The notes below the pieces were generated by a model. It had not been told where the DNA came from. It ran no database searches and was given only the letters and a program-made list of their open reading frames with translations. From the human T2T-CHM13v2.0 reference genome, Homo sapiens: DNA of 64,000 bases. This document shows, in pieces, positions 1-18,933 of the stretch (positions are counted from its first letter, which is position 1; each line of letters begins with the position of its first letter). Where the stretch lies: assembly GCF_009914755.1 (NCBI RefSeq), contig NC_060925.1, one strand, 5' to 3'. Made by a program: the position numbers and the translations under genes.

Positions 1-733
1 AGAAAAAGGCGATGATCATAAAAGCCACGGCACAGACACAGGGGTTGCCTTGGATTAGATCAGAGACATTTTCAGAAGGACAACAGAAACTATTGTCACA
101 GAGGTAGAAAGCATTTCAGATTTAACGTTGGAAACAAAAACTCTCTGGGTTGTCGTCTTCTCCTTCTTCAATGAAGTATTAGACAAAACCATTAACCTAG
201 ACGATAGTGTGATTGCAGAAGGGGATGTGAGGTTTAAGAGAAGAAGGAATGAAGAGGCCTTTTGCAGGGAGTAGGAAAGTCAACGCTTTAGGAAAATGTA
301 GGAGGATGGCTGTGCCGTGATGAGCACCTATGTGAAATGTGTGGTCCTGAATTTACAGTGAAATGGGTCAGCACAGCTCTGACATTTTCCCCTAGCTACT
401 TTCACCTCAGAAGACGTTTCAGTCATTTCCATTAGGTAACTACCTAAGGACTCAGTCAAGGACGCAAACATAAGCACAGACCATGGAAGGCAAGTGGGGC
501 AAAGTAGGAACAGAAGACTGAAGGGAGTGGTGGATATTTTTTAAAAGTAGTGGATGGAATTCCACATAATGGGCTAAGAATTACTGAGGCGGCATAGTAG
601 GGGAAATATACACAGAATGTTCGGTACGCAGGTGATGCTGTTCTTGCTAATAATACAACCTAAGATGTAACCAACCATGTGAATGGCTGACTGAGACGGT
701 AAGGAGGAAATGACTACTAAAAAATCATTGAGA

Positions 734-1090
<357 letters not shown>

Positions 1091-2042
1091 TCATTGAGAA
1101 ACTAGGGTATTAAATGAAGACTTGAAATTGATGTCGAGGTCACCAGGCATAATAACACGAGTCTGGAAGTAAGAAATTCTGTGAAACTGCAAGCCACTTT
1201 TCAACTGTGATTTGTAACTCATGTCCTAACTTTGTAAGTAAATACTTTTCCTAAGTGTAAAAATATAATTATTTATAAATCTTAAATGCTAGCCCCCTGG
1301 TATACATGTTACCTTGTGACTCATTTTCTAACTAATAAAGAGCATTTGTAATTTAATACGCATCTTAGAATTACCCATACTCTGAAAAGGTTTTCGTTAT
1401 CCAAAAAAACAGTTTGCATAAGTTGGGCCATCAATGTAATAAGTATATATCTCTCTTCCAAAGGACTCTGTTTAGATAATATTTATTAAGCTCCCATATT
1501 AACACATGGTGTCTAATAAAATCCCAAAAGAGTAATGAATACCTCACTGTGCTGGGGAAAAAAATAAAACTCTCAAATACTCTGAGGGGGGGGAAATCTG
1601 TTTAAGGTTTTCAGAGCTGTATCCAAGCAGCAGATGGAGAAATAAATATGCCACTTAGAATTCCTATACCCTTCCTTGGGCAATATAAAATGATATAAGG
1701 AAGGCCAAACTGGCTTGAAAAATATTCATCCACTCCAGCAGCCTCTCTACAGTGACCAGACTTAGGATTCATGAGGGATTAATAAACAGTGGGCCCCTAA
1801 TATATTTAAGCATTCTCTTAATAGCCACAAGGAGTCAGCAAGCATGGATTTATGTAGAACCCACTAAACCTAAATATAGGCTACCATTCTTTTTTATGAG
1901 CTAAAGAGGCCATATAATCTCACCCGTAATACAAGTTTGGTGTTCTGCAGGAAATTCTTAGACTCCACTATTTACTATTGCCAGAGTGTACAAAATGTAT
2001 CAAATACTCTGCTAGGAATAATGATACAAATAATAATAATAA

Positions 2043-2261
<219 letters not shown>

Positions 2262-2890
2262 AGATACAAATTATTAAAGCTCCTTCTTAGGGTAACCTGT
2301 CCAGATAAGGAGAGATTCTGGTCAACTGAAGCAGAGAGAAAAAAGGAGAAATACTAAAAACATATTTGTTCCCTTGTTCTATGCTTGACTTTCTTTTTTA
2401 ACTCTCACACAGTTCTTAGATTCAACCTTTACATCTTTATTCTGGTGGCAAATAAAAGGATATAATGTTAAAACATTCCATGAGCAAAACCCCGAAAAGT
2501 ACCATTTCTTTGATGCCGAAGTCAAAGTGACCTTGGTGTAATTGTTTATTCTAATTACAGAAAGGTTGAAAATAATAGAGATGATGTGTGCACAGCTGAG
2601 GGCTAAAGCAACAGAATAAAAATATCTGATTCCATGTTAGTACTGTCACAGTAAAAACATAAAGTTCCTGTATTTTAATATGTGGTTTGGCATGAAATCA
2701 GTCCCTGATCAGACCCACTGAAACTATGCTTGACTTAGCCTGCAGGAAGACTATGTTCTTCCTAACAAGAGACAATCTCAATTCTTCATGTTAAGGACCT
2801 GAGAAATGACAGAAGGAACATGATTAAGACCTAAAATGACAAGCAAAGGATGAAATTCAAGTTTTTATGGTAGTCAAAGTTGTGACTCTG

Positions 2891-3230
<340 letters not shown>

Positions 3231-3828
3231 TCAAAAGCTATGGAGGAGGGTCTGGGGCAATGGAGTTTTCTGCAGTTTAGTATGGGAGTTCATTACAATA
3301 CAGTGATCATTATTTCAGTATCACTATAATGCGGTAAAGTAACATAAATAGGAAAAAAAGAACAAATGGAAAATTTTTTCCTAAAAACCCTGATTTTAAA
3401 AAATAAGGATATTTTAAACACACAAAAGGTGAGAGAAAGACAAAAGGCAAGTATTGTTTAGACAGAGAATTTCCTTTAGTTTATAGGAGGAGAGGGAGAC
3501 ATCAGGAAGTTAATTGTAGAAAGGTTCGCATTCTTTTAATCTCGCAGAAGTGAAGGTATAGTCAATATCAAAAACCCATTTGACCAAAGAAAAGTTTCCA
3601 CAGGGTTTCCGAGTACCCATTCTGTATTTGATTGTCCTAGAAATAGAATATCCACCTTATGGAAAGGAAAGTTTAATGCAAAGAAAGCAAATAGTAATCA
3701 GATGCCAGGGCACACATGACATACTCAGCTCTGTCTTGGGCAATGTTTTGGGGAGCAGTTAGGGAGGAACATGTCTGGCTGTCAAACAGCAATGCCATGC
3801 ACAGGAATACTAAAACATACAAAAGGCA

Positions 3829-4402
3829 GAGATTTCTCAAAGAACTTAAAACAGAACCACCATTTGACTCAGCAATCCCATTACTGGTTATATACACAAA
3901 GAAAAGTAAATTGTTCTGCCAAAAAGATACATACACTCATGTTCATTGCAGCACCATTCACAATAGCAAAGGCATGGAATCAATATAGGTGCCCATCAAC
4001 AGTGGATTGGATAAAGAAAATACAGTACATATAGAACATGGAATACTATGCAGCCATGAAAAAGAACAAAGTCATGCCCTTTGTAGAAACATGGAAGCAG
4101 CTGGAAGCCATTATCCTAAATGAATTAGCAAAGGAACAACCAACCAAATACTGCATGTTCTCACCTACAGGTGGGAGCTAAGAACTGGGTACATATGGAT
4201 ATAAAGATGGCAACAACAGATGCTGGTGACTACTAGAAAGAGGAGGGAGAGAGAGGGCAAGAGTTGAAAAACTACTTATGGAGTACTACGTTCACTACCT
4301 GGGGGATGGGATCATTCATACCATAAACCTCAGTGTTACTCTATACTCCCTGGTCACCAACCTGCACATGTTCACCCTGAATCTAAAATAAAAGTTAAAA
4401 TT
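3829..4402 (+). mobile_element. L1 (L1PB-like) 3' fragment: ORF2 end and 3'UTR
   Basis: Degenerate ORF2 C-terminal peptides (ELKTEPPFDSAIPLL; MFIAAPFTIAKAWNQYRCPSTVDWIKK), L1 3'UTR ending CTAAAATAAAAG. Confidence 0.88.
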
Positions 4403-4900
4403 ATGGGGTGAAAAGGCGAATGTAAGCTTTCAAGTGTGTGACAGCTTCCTGATGGTGCCGACTGTGGCTTCTCCTGCTGACCTGGGTTAGAAGCAGCATT
4501 GAGCCAAAGCTCTGTCTGCAGTGAGAATCCGGTTTCCCATCTTGTCCATGGCAGCACTGCTCCTCAGAGGAAAAACCTGTCTGGATGGGACAAGGCTGAT
4601 GGGCTGGCCCCTCTCTCAGTGCCTCATGGGTTTAGAGCACTCAGAGGAGCCTGCTACTTCAATGGCTCTCCTGACCTGCCCATCTCCTCACAGGGCCAGA
4701 AGCCTTCAGTGGGTGGGAGGGTAGGAAGGCAGGGATGAAATAAGCAGTCACCTTGGGAGTTTTGGTAATTAGGAATTCTGTCCAGAAAGTTTGAAAACAG
4801 GAGCATTTGGTACATTTTGCTTCCATTATCTCCACTCGATTAGAGGATTATAATGAAGAAATTAAACACATGTACAAAGTAAGCAATAAAAGTATTTTTA

Positions 4901-5190
4901 GGCAGGGCCGCAGTGGCTCACGCCTGTATTCTCAGCACTTTGGGAGGCCGAGGCGGGTGGATTACCTGAAGTCAGGAGTTCGAGACCAGCCTGGCCAACA
5001 TGGTGAAACCCCGTCTCTACTAAAAATGCAAAAATTAGCTGGGTGTGGGGATGCGTGCCTGTAATCCCAGCTACTCAGGAGGCTGAGGCAGGAGAATCAC
5101 TTGAACCCAGAAGGCGGAGGTTGCAGTGAGCTGAGATCACGCCACTGAACTCCAGCCTGGATAAGACGACGACTCCGTCTCAAAAAAAAA
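4901..5190 (+). mobile_element. AluS, copy 1 of tandem duplication
   Basis: Full Alu dimer preceded by AAGTATTTTTA. Confidence 0.95.
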
Positions 5191-5791
5191 TATATATATA
5201 TATGAGTATATATATGTGTATATATATGAGTATATATATGTGTATATATATGAGTATATATATGTGTATATATATGAGTATATATATGTGTATATATATG
5301 AGTATATATATGTGTATATATATGAGTATATATATGTGTATATATATGAGTATATATATGTGTATATATATGAGTATATATATGTGTATATATATGAGTA
5401 TATATATGTGTATATATATGAGTATATATATGTGTATATATATGAGTATATATATGTGTATATATATGAGTATATATATGTGTATATATATGAGTATATA
5501 TATGTGTATATATGAGTATATATATGTGTATATATGAGTATATATATGTGTATATATGTGAGTATATATATGTGTATATATATGAGTATATATGTGTATA
5601 TATATGAGTATACATATGTGTATATATATGAGCATATATGTGTATATATATGAGTATATATATGTGTATATATATGAGTATATATGTGTATATATATGAG
5701 TATATATGTGTATATATATGAGTATATATGTGTGTATATATGAGTATATATGTGTGTATATATGAGTATATATGTGTGTATATGAGTATAT
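5191..5791. repeat. AT-rich VNTR, ~24-bp unit TATATATATGAGTATATATATGTG, grown from the Alu tail
   Basis: Directly visible tandem array. Confidence 0.97.
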
Positions 5792-5802
5792 AAGTATTTT
5801 TA

Positions 5803-6092
<290 letters not shown>

Positions 6093-7067
6093 CATATATA
6101 TATATGAGTATATATATGTATATATGTGTATATATATGAGTATATATATGTGTATATATATGAGTATATATATGTGTATATATATGAGTATATATATGTG
6201 TATATATGAGTATATATGAGTATATATATGTGTATATGAGTATATATATGTGTATATATGAGTATATATATGTGTATATATATGAGTATGAGTATATATA
6301 TGTGTATATATATGAGTATATATATGAGTATATATGTGTGTATATATGAGTATATATGTGTGTATATATGAGTATATATGTGTGTATATATGAGTATATA
6401 TGTGTGTATATATGAGTATATATGTGTGTATATGAGTATATATGTGTGTATATGAGTATATATGTGAACATATATATGTGTATATATGTGAACATATATA
6501 TGTGTATATATGTGAACATATATATGTGTATATATGTGAACATATATATGTGTATATATGTGAACATATATATGTGTATATATGTGAACATATATATGTG
6601 TATATATGTGAACATATATGTGTATATATGTGAACATATATGTGTATATATGTGAACATATATGTGTATATATGTGAACATATATGTGTATATATGTGAA
6701 CATATATGTGTATATATGTGAATATATATGTGTATATATGTGAATATATATACATATATGTGAATATATATACATATGTGAATATATATGTATATATGAA
6801 TATATATGAATATATGTATATATATGATTATATATGAATATATATGTATATATGTATACATTATATGAATATATATGATTATATATGAATATATATGATT
6901 ATATATGAATATATATGAATATATATGTATATATGAATATATATGAATATATATGTATATATGAATGTATATGTATATATGAATATATATGTATATATAT
7001 GAATATATATGTATATATATGAATATATATGTATGTATATGAATATATATGTATGTATATGTATATA
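6093..7067. repeat. Complex AT-rich VNTR with GAG/GTG, GTGAAC and GAAT variant units
   Basis: Directly visible tandem array. Confidence 0.97.
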
Positions 7068-7697
7068 TTTTAAATAGAGCTATTCCTAAAATTTTTAAAA
7101 ATGTACTAAAATGTGTTTACATTTATAGAAATCAAAATTCATTTTTAAAGTTTTACTTCATAGGCAGCAAGTAGCTTTCATGATGTGCAACTTGACACTT
7201 AGGTACTACGCCTTCCTTATTCCCTTCCCCTACGAGGAACTTGTTTGTTTTCTACCTGTTCTTTCCTGCTTGAAAAACAGATCCCATTGCTTCTTGCCTG
7301 AGTACCTGCTAACTACAGTTTGGCTATAGACAACAGGGAGATTTATATTTAACTTCATCATAATGAATAGCTACTTTCTATTTTTCTAGGGAATCATTAG
7401 AGAATTAAGAAACAAGATGAAGGAGATAAGCCCAAGAATCAACAAAGATATGGACAAACAGAAACTTGACCACAAGCAAATCATTTGTACTAACTATTGG
7501 AGATATTGCAAGGTTTAGAGGGCTTGGAAAGAAAGGGAGAGGCAGTATTGAAACTCCAGAGTGACAGATGAGATAGATGACCACGGCTAATGGAAACATA
7601 GAACATAAAGAGATGCAACCTGGAACCACAGATAAAGCAGATTAAATATATTCACACAGTAAGCAAGGGGGACTGACTGAGTGAAGAAGGGGCTACT

Positions 7698-7988
<291 letters not shown>

Positions 7989-8203
7989 GTATCAAATATT
8001 GGCAGTTTCATATGATGCAACCTAACAGTTCCTTATGACTGGAGACAAAGGTGTCTGGGATGAAATAGCAGAGAGTGAGTTGAGAGTGATGGGCAGGACC
8101 AGATGTGGATGAGCCTCTTCTACACTATTCATATTTTGAGCCCAATAATCTTTGTTCTGGGGACTATCCTGTGCATTGTAGGATGCTGAGCAGCATCTCT
8201 GGC
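7989..8203. repeat. Inverted copy of 17323-17537 (partial MER20 plus L2-like flank)
   Basis: Ungapped reverse-complement match, 18 mismatches in 215 nt by manual count. Confidence 0.95.
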
Positions 8204-8489
8204 TAGAAAGACCTATTAAATAACTAGAGAGCCAACTATTTTTAATGGGTGAGAAAAAATTGTTGGACACTGGATGGTCAATAATGGAAATGTCTACAAA
8301 GAATAATGTTTATAAAAGAAATGCCCTCCTGACCCCACTTTGCCCTCCAGCTACCATCTCATTTCTTTCCTTCCCTTCACAGTAACTATTTCAAAACATT
8401 TTTCTGCATTCCCTGTCTCCAGTTCCCACTACTCCATGGAAGGAGTGTCAAGGGTGTCAAGGTTATGAACAACCTCTGTGTGCTGCTAA

Positions 8490-8905
<416 letters not shown>

Positions 8906-10514
8906 TTCTATTTTCTTTCTTACTCTCTGGCCCCTCTTTTTCAGTCTCCTTTGTTAGTTTCTATTCTCTTTTATATAGCTACATGTTGAGTGTCCCAAGA
9001 ATCAGCCTTTGGACCTCTTCTTTTTCCTAGATCTACCAATCGTCTCACCTAATATCATTATTTTAAATACCACTAAACCCTGACAATTTTGACATTTTTA
9101 TCTCTACATAGACCTCGTTGGACCCTTCCTCTGAAACTCTAGACTTACATAGCCAAATGGGTATCTACTAGACACCTCGAACTTTACATGACTCTTCCTC
9201 CCATAGGCTTCTTGGTTGATGGCAACTCCATCCTTCTGCTGCTTGAATTATCCTTGACTTCTGTTTTTTTTCTTTGTTTTTTTTTTCCTCATATTTTCTG
9301 GTCAAGTCCTAACTGCTCTAACTTCAAAATACACTCAGTATTTAACCATTTTTTATTATCTCCACTGCTATTAACTTAGTCCTAATCACCATTATTAGAG
9401 AAAAAATGTGAAGCAGCAAGCCGTAGAACCTGTTGATAGATTAAAAAAACTAAGAACAGCAATCTCCATAAGGCTCAACGCATGCAAAACATCGAGGATA
9501 TGTTCTCTGTTTCAATAGGGATAAGAGAAAAACAGATCCTGCTAATAGGTAGGACCAAGGCTTAGGAGGTAGAATGTCTTTCTACAGCAATGTACTCCCT
9601 CACTCCCTACCTAGTTACTTTAAGACTATTCTATATCTCTATTACATTCTAATATCATCTCCTGTGGGAATTCTTCCTGGAGCTTCTTAGCACGTCTTTT
9701 TCTTCTTCTTCTTCTTTTTTTTTTTTTTGGTAGCCTCAACATCTCTCAGAGTTCCTAGAACACAGCAGGAATGTATATGAATATTTACACTAAAAAGGGA
9801 GAAACACATTGGAAAGTATAAGCCAGTGCTTCTGATACTCACTTCAAATCACTCTAGAGGCTTGACAATGGCTTGACAAGTTACATTAGAAACATGAAAG
9901 AAAAAAGTCCCAGTCACAGATATAGTTAAACTTGAACACCTTTCCTGAGAAACATTTCGAAGTGTCTTTTCCAAACTAGGGCTTTCCTATTAATTGCAGA
10001 AAGCAAAGATAGATTAAAAGGAAATAGCAATAAATAAGGCCACATAAAGAAAGTCCAAATAAGATGTGAGGGGAGGTCAGAAAGATCAGCTGAGAACTTA
10101 CTATGTGTTTATATCCTAAGTGTATTGAGGTCCCAGCAATACAGCACTTGTGAGTACAACCTAGACATACAGATTATCATATGCAGGCCAAGGGAAGAAC
10201 ATTAACATTCTGTTCCACAGACTCAGTAGAGCTCACATATACCAAACTCGTAAGGTTGAATCGTCTCGCTGTTCAATCAAAAATCTTGAAGTGTTTCATA
10301 ACAGAAGCAAGTTTTATCTGCTGAAAATACAGACATCTTATTGAAAACAACTCCATTATGATCACTCAGCCTATGGCAAGTAAAAAATGTGCTTTATCCT
10401 CTTCCACAAAACCTTCATAACCACCTCCAGCATAGGCTGACGTCTTTCTCCACAATTCTCTTTACACAATTTGGCTATTGTTTGTGCAAACTCTTGTATT
10501 GTAATCATAGATAC

Positions 10515-10730
10515 CACGGTTTAGTGGAAAAAAACAGACTTGGGAGTTTTGACTTTAAGGTTTAAATTCTTGTTATATTAGCTTTGCGACCTTGAACTTA
10601 GTCACTTAACTCTATTGATCTTACCAGTACAACGAGGAGAATAATACCTAACTCTCAAAATTGCCGTCAGAAGAAAATATGCAAAAGCCTTTTGCGAACT
10701 TCCAGCGTTGCAAAAATGCTAGTTATTAAA
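10515..10730 (+). mobile_element. MIR SINE (degenerate)
   Basis: MIR core-like motifs (TTAGCTTTGCGACCTTGAAC...AGTCACTTAACTCT). Confidence 0.6.
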
Positions 10731-11597
10731 ACGTCAGACTTGAGAGATCTCCAAATTTTTGTAGACATGGCATGTCACAGAAAGATCGGGTGAAAGGCAC
10801 TGAAATTTCTATACAGTCATAGGATATAATTTTAAGGATTGAAGTTGTCCAAAATTCTAACAGGAGAGCTAGGGACATAGTGAGCCCCCTCTCTAACAGG
10901 GATCAATCCAAGGAAGATGACACCATTGGGGGAAGCTGTAAAAAGGGCCACATGAGTTGAACAAGAAGTGAAGTGACCGCACCCTAAGGCTCCTTCCAGT
11001 CTTAAGTTTCTGTGTGCATTTTCTTTTCTCACGTAGCTAACCCTTCGCTCAATAATTAATGTGCAAGATGAAAAAACAAGACTGTGCACACTATTTATTT
11101 GCATTCCTCACATGCTCAGTCCTGTATTCTACACATAGTAGGGGCTCAATACACATTGGTTGATTGATTGGGAAAAGCTGTAATAAGTGTCACTGTACCA
11201 GAGGTTTTCTCAGCGTGAGTAGAGAGAATTTATATAAAAACAAATAACGAAATCTCATGCATTCAACATAAACATGATCAAATCCAATTTATGCTTGAAA
11301 AAGATGTTGGCACTCACTTTTCTATGTCTTGGGAATGCTTCCAAGTAAATGCATTCTGGACAAAAGCACATGACATAATGAAGAAAATGCCGGATATGTA
11401 AAATTAAGCAAGCGTATTCATTCTTTCCTAGGAGTAGCTGCAGTGTTTCTAGAGAATAAAGTCATATTTTGTCTCAAAACACATTTTGATCCTTATAAAA
11501 CAAAGAATTCTTCTTGATTAGGTTTAACAGTTGCCTTTGGGCCTTGGGAGGGAGAGAAACAGAGGCTAAGCATTAAAAAAAAAAGAATTGATTATAT

Positions 11598-12264
<667 letters not shown>

Positions 12265-12869
12265 GATTATGTGGTTTGTTTAATATATAGTGAATATCCC
12301 ACTATTCAGGCTTAAGGAAGGACAAAAATGAAGAAACTCATGGTACCTCCTCTGATGAAAAGCAAACTTTTCAAAAGGCCTCAATTATGCAAAGAGTAAA
12401 TGCATAGTCTCTGATCTCAGGGACCCCACACTCTAGATAAGGAGATTAAAATTCAGTTATTGATCAAGTACCTACTATATACCAAGTCTATTTTGTATTT
12501 ATACACAAAAGCCTCTTGCCATCCCATACATTGAAAGCTATTATCATTACTATTTTCCAGATAAGGAGCTTGAAGCTTAGGGAGGGAGTGGCCCAGCACG
12601 GACCTAAATCCAAGGTTCTCTGATTCCAAGTCCCGGGATCTTTTCCCACCACCCGCCTGCTTTTCCAGCCCCCAAGAACCTCCTGCCAATTATATGCCCA
12701 TGTGCATAAGCTTTCTCTGCACATGGGACAAAAAATGGACATAGGCAAAGCATGAGCCTTGAGAGAAGACACATTATGGAACAGGAAGAATTCCTGGAGT
12801 GAGTAAAAGCCACAGAGTACAAATAGAATGAAAGAACCAGTCCTGTAGCTTTAAGTATCACCCACATGC

Positions 12870-13879
12870 CAATAATGGCTAAATTTTTATTTCTGGCCCT
12901 GGCCCCTCCTCTGAGCCCTGGACTGTTCTAACTGCCCACTGAACATCACCACTCCAGGGTCTAATAAGCATCGCAAACACATGGGCAAAGCACCATCCTT
13001 GAGACTTCCCCAAATTCTGTTCTTCCTCCCATTGTCCCCATCCCAGTTAATGGTGCCAGCATTCCTCCTGCCAGAGCCCCAAGCCTAGGCATGATCTTCG
13101 ATTCTTCTCTGTCTCTTCTACTCACATCAATTCCATTATTGGTCCCCATCAGCAGTACCTCCAAAACGTATTCCAAAAGTGCTCCACCCCTCTCCACTCC
13201 TTGCACTGGCAGGCTCAGCCAAGCCCACCCCTCATTCTTAATCAGATAGTTGCAACAGCCTTCTGTGTCCACTCTCACCACCTGCAGCGTATTGCCCACC
13301 CAGAAGCCCGAGTGGTCTTCTGTAACAAGAAACAGGATCATGTGGACCCCTCCCCTTCCTTCACAGACTTCCCATCATACTTGGGATTAAACACAGAATC
13401 CTTCCTGTGGCCTGTGAGGGCCGCCGGGACCCCACCTCTGCTGACTCTCCAAGCCCACATCCTGTAATGTTTTCCCACCTCAGCATTCTTCAGCCACATG
13501 AGAGATGTGATGTGATGTGACCTCACCTAGACATTAGGTGGTGTGCTCAGGCCCCACACTTTTCTTCTATCTGGAGTTCTGTCCTTTCAGACCCTCACAC
13601 TTCACTGTTCTGATCTCTGCTCAAATGTCACCTCCTCGGAGAAGCTACCCTTGACAGTCCTGTCTAAAATGAAGATGTCCCTGCACTCTCTGCCCCTGGT
13701 CTGTTCCATAGCTGTTATTGGTTTCAATGCTTGCATTGTCCTATCCACTCCATCCTCCTGCTGGTAGAGGCCTTGAGGACAGGGACCCTGCTTGTCCTGT
13801 TCATCTGTGCATTTCCGATAACTAGAGTGTCTTCTGGCACATAGGGCTATTCAGTAAACATTTGTTGAATGAATGAATG
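12870..13879 (+). mobile_element. L2 LINE 3' portion
   Basis: L2 3' motifs ending CTGGCACATAG...TAAACATTTGTTGAATGAATGAATG. Confidence 0.8.
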
Positions 13880-15209
13880 AGGTTGGAGTCATGTTCTAAG
13901 GTCAAAGGAAAGGAACATATTTGCTTTCCACATAGAATATTCTCCCACCCCGGCTTCCGCCTGCACCATGCTTCTGTTCTTCCAAGGCCTTAGCACTCTC
14001 CCCTGCTATCAGTGTTGCTGAGAAAATGACTAAGAGATTTCAAGCCCATTCATGCCGAGAGAATGATATGGAATACATTTCAGGCACAAGGTTAGTCAAT
14101 TATGTTTGTGACAGGATAACTGTAAGATGTAATTTAGATAAACTAGAGAATAAATGGAACAAATAAGATTATTCACAGTTTTATCACTTCCACCAGAAAA
14201 AATAGAACAAGTAAGACACTTTTTATTTTTTTGCATGAATCTTTACCACATTGACCTTCACTGCATTAATGAGAAGTTTTCCAAAGAGGTATTTTTATGA
14301 TTTCTTGTGCATTATAAAAACATGGAAAAATAAAGAGTTATAAGGAAAATGATTATAGATGTCAAGGTAGCTCTATCTCCATAACACTAAAGGAAATAAT
14401 TTAAAATAAGGGTAATTAAATGAACTATATGGTTGCCTACCTTATACAATATTTACTAATTCATCAGAAGCTTAATAGGGTTAGCTTATTATTCAGCTGG
14501 CTATAGAGAAATGCAGGATTTTGTTGGTACTATTCTATAAAATGAATTTAATGTGTCTATGAAAGCTACACCTTCATTTGCTATGCTCACATAATTTTTC
14601 TCTACAACCAGTATTTTGTTTTCTAATGTCCAAATGCATTTTTCCTTCTAACATGAAGGTGCTCAAAGGAAGTTTATCTTAAAAGTGAAAAACAGCACTG
14701 CATATGGTAAGCAGTGAATAGAAGACTGGAAAACATGAAAGTGAATATAATTCCTATGTATAAACTAAAAAGCTTATAATAATTGGCAAATAGATATAGA
14801 ATCCTTTAAGAACCAAAAACAGTGCTAGAAGCTAGAAGTAATTTACTGCAGCAATAAATCACACAGTGACAACTAAAAACAACAGGAGAAAAAAATTAAA
14901 GTCTCTATTTTCCCAGCATTTCTATTGCAGAACCTTGGAAACCTCCTTCCATCCTACCTACTCAATCAAACCTTTTAGCGCCAGCCTGAGAAACAGAAAA
15001 CATGTGGAGGTTAGTTTTTCTTTCGGAAAGATGCTTAATCATCCCTTTCGGTGAGGCGGTGCCTTTGGCATGGTTCCGTACTGGACATTACCAGGTCAGA
15101 TGGTCACTTGCCAGGGGTGCAGAAGGTCCTCTGCAGCACACTCTAGGGCTGTCTCACCTGCTCTACAGCTCTGGTTTTGGCTGTGTTTATTGAGGCCAGG
15201 TCTGCATGA

Positions 15210-15707
<498 letters not shown>

Positions 15708-15939
15708 TGAGCCCCATCTGGTCACAGTGGGACCCTCAGTAACATTCAATGGAAGGGCTTTTCCTCCTTTTCTGCCTCTTCTCAATCCCTTCCTCAGTGT
15801 GAGTTTGAACTAGATGAACTCTGAGGTTCCTTCCAATTCTATGTATTATAAAAATAATACACAAACCACATTCCAGAGGTGGAATCTAGCATCCCCCACC
15901 TCACTTGGCTTCGGAAAAAATTCCAGAAGTGGAGTAGTT

Positions 15940-16330
15940 GGTCAATCCTATTTCTGGACTGCCTGTAAATAGCAGGCCTTATGCCAGTGCTGGAGATAGA
16001 GCTGTGGGCAACAGAAACCGGTCCCTGCCCACATGGAGCTCACTGTCTAGAGAGGAGAGGGACAGGAAACCAATGTTTATAAAGAGGTCAAAATTTAACA
16101 CATGCCGAGTACCTCACGAAGTAGCAGATGCTATGAAAGAATAAAACAGGGGGACCTAAACTATTTCTGGGGTGTGGAGAGAGGTCATGGAAGGTTTTCC
16201 TGATGAAGCTATTTTTAAGACCTTAAGAAAAAGGGTAGATGAAGAAAGATGGGAAGCACTTACCAGGTGGGAGGATTAACCCATGAGATAACCTGAGATG
16301 AGAAAGAGCATGGCACATCCAAGGTACTAG
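15940..16330 (-). mobile_element. L2 fragment
   Basis: Antisense L2 3' motifs (GTGCTGGAGATAGAGCTGTG...CCCTGCCCACATGGAGCTCAC). Confidence 0.65.
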
Positions 16331-16807
16331 GAACATCAATCATTTTCAGTTCTCATCAAATGCACAGAATCTGTCAGACATTAACTACGAGCGTTTCTAG
16401 CTGGCTTCCATGTAGTGACAGTTGTTCACACTACGCCAGACAGGAGGTAGGGAGGGGTGGGGGATCAAGTTGGCATTTCTGATCATCCTCATCAACTCTT
16501 CCAAACGTGACTTCTCCATCCTCATAGACAGTTTCCTTAGTTGCTCATGGCACCGCTTTATCCACATTTGTCCTAACCCTTGCCAGCCCTCACTCTAGTT
16601 ACTCTCACACACACTTTGTTTTAACATCATTTTGGAATCTTTCCTTTTACTCACCTCCTGACTCCACATACACTCACACACACACTCTCCCATAATTCAG
16701 TTTCCAAACCCCTAATATCTATGACTCCCACCCTTCTTCCATCAGACCTTTATCTGATTATTGCAATTGCTCTATGTGGATCCATGCCTCTTATCTGTTC
16801 CCTGCTA

Positions 16808-17100
<293 letters not shown>

Positions 17101-17204
17101 CCTCTGCTAATCCATTTGCTACCAGAGCAAATCTGATATTCTCCCATGAACAGCCTCCATGCTTTCCCGTGGTTTTCAAGGTTGTATTCAAATCCCTTAT
17201 GTTA

Positions 17205-17834
<630 letters not shown>

Positions 17835-18933
17835 CCTATATGATACTTTTGACCTAAAAAAAAATCTAGCAATTTTACAGTTTCACATGATTGAGCAAAA
17901 TGGCTGTAGTTTCTCAGCTGCAATTGTGTTTCTCTGTCCAAAATGCACTCTTCTCTCACTGCTTTCTTTTATTCATCTCCCAAAACCCAGGTAAAGCCTC
18001 ACATTCCAAACAGCCCTACCATGAGTTGCAAGAATGACATACAAACCTGTCCTCTGCTCCCACAGCATCCTTTCCCTATGCATCACACCCTCCCAGGGAC
18101 AGCTGCTACTCAGGTCTGAACAGTAAGTGACTCAATGCCAGGTGTCATGTCTCCATTTTCTCTGTCTACCCAGGGTTTGTCACAGAGCCTGGCCGCTGGA
18201 GGCTGCTGCATAAATTACTATGCAAGGAATGAGAAAATGAACAAACTCCCCTATTTCAATCCCCGGTTGCTTCCATGTCTCCACTAAGAGAGCTAACAGC
18301 AGTAAGGCATTTAGTGAGGCACTCAGAAATGTCTACCAATATAACTATGCCCAAGAAAACAATCAACACTTCTCAAAGGCTAATGAAAAATTTACTTCCT
18401 ATATACAACCAGCAATTCTGTGGATCCCTAAAGGTTGATCCGTCACTAGGCATGTGTTAAATAGAATAAACCAACCATCTGTGGTCCAGGTTTCTTACTG
18501 ACTACCAAGGAAGCTTTTGATAAACAAGCTAGGAAAACCTGGAAAAGTTGCAGAGAAACCAGCTCTGACATTAGTTCTGAGAGAAATGCTCAGTTTCATC
18601 AAGATTTTAGACAAACACTAACTTCCTCCAGAATAGTGTTTAAAACTATTTCTGAATTGAGAACTTGATGCAATTTAAAATTAAGATGTATTTTATAACA
18701 TTTAACCATGAATATTGAACTAGGATTAGAAAAATACTCAGAAGGTCGTCCTGGTTAGCTATCAAATAAAAGAGCCTTCAATTAGCCATTAGTAGACTAT
18801 AAGAGGACTTTCAAATTGGAACAGGCATTTAACAGAGGTATGAATTGTTAGGTTTTTGGTTCTGTAGGGGTAAGAGGGGAAATTGCCTACTTTTTGTTTC
18901 TGCAATGACTTTAAAGTTTCTCAAGGAATATAT

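Noticed and set aside
3716-4034. ORFs resembling a reverse-transcriptase protein C-terminus
   Set aside because: Frameshifted L1 ORF2 remnant
7390-7512. Good acceptor followed by 41 open codons (GIIRELRNKMKEISP...)
   Set aside because: Weak donor, phase incompatible with the downstream candidate chain, no recognisable homology
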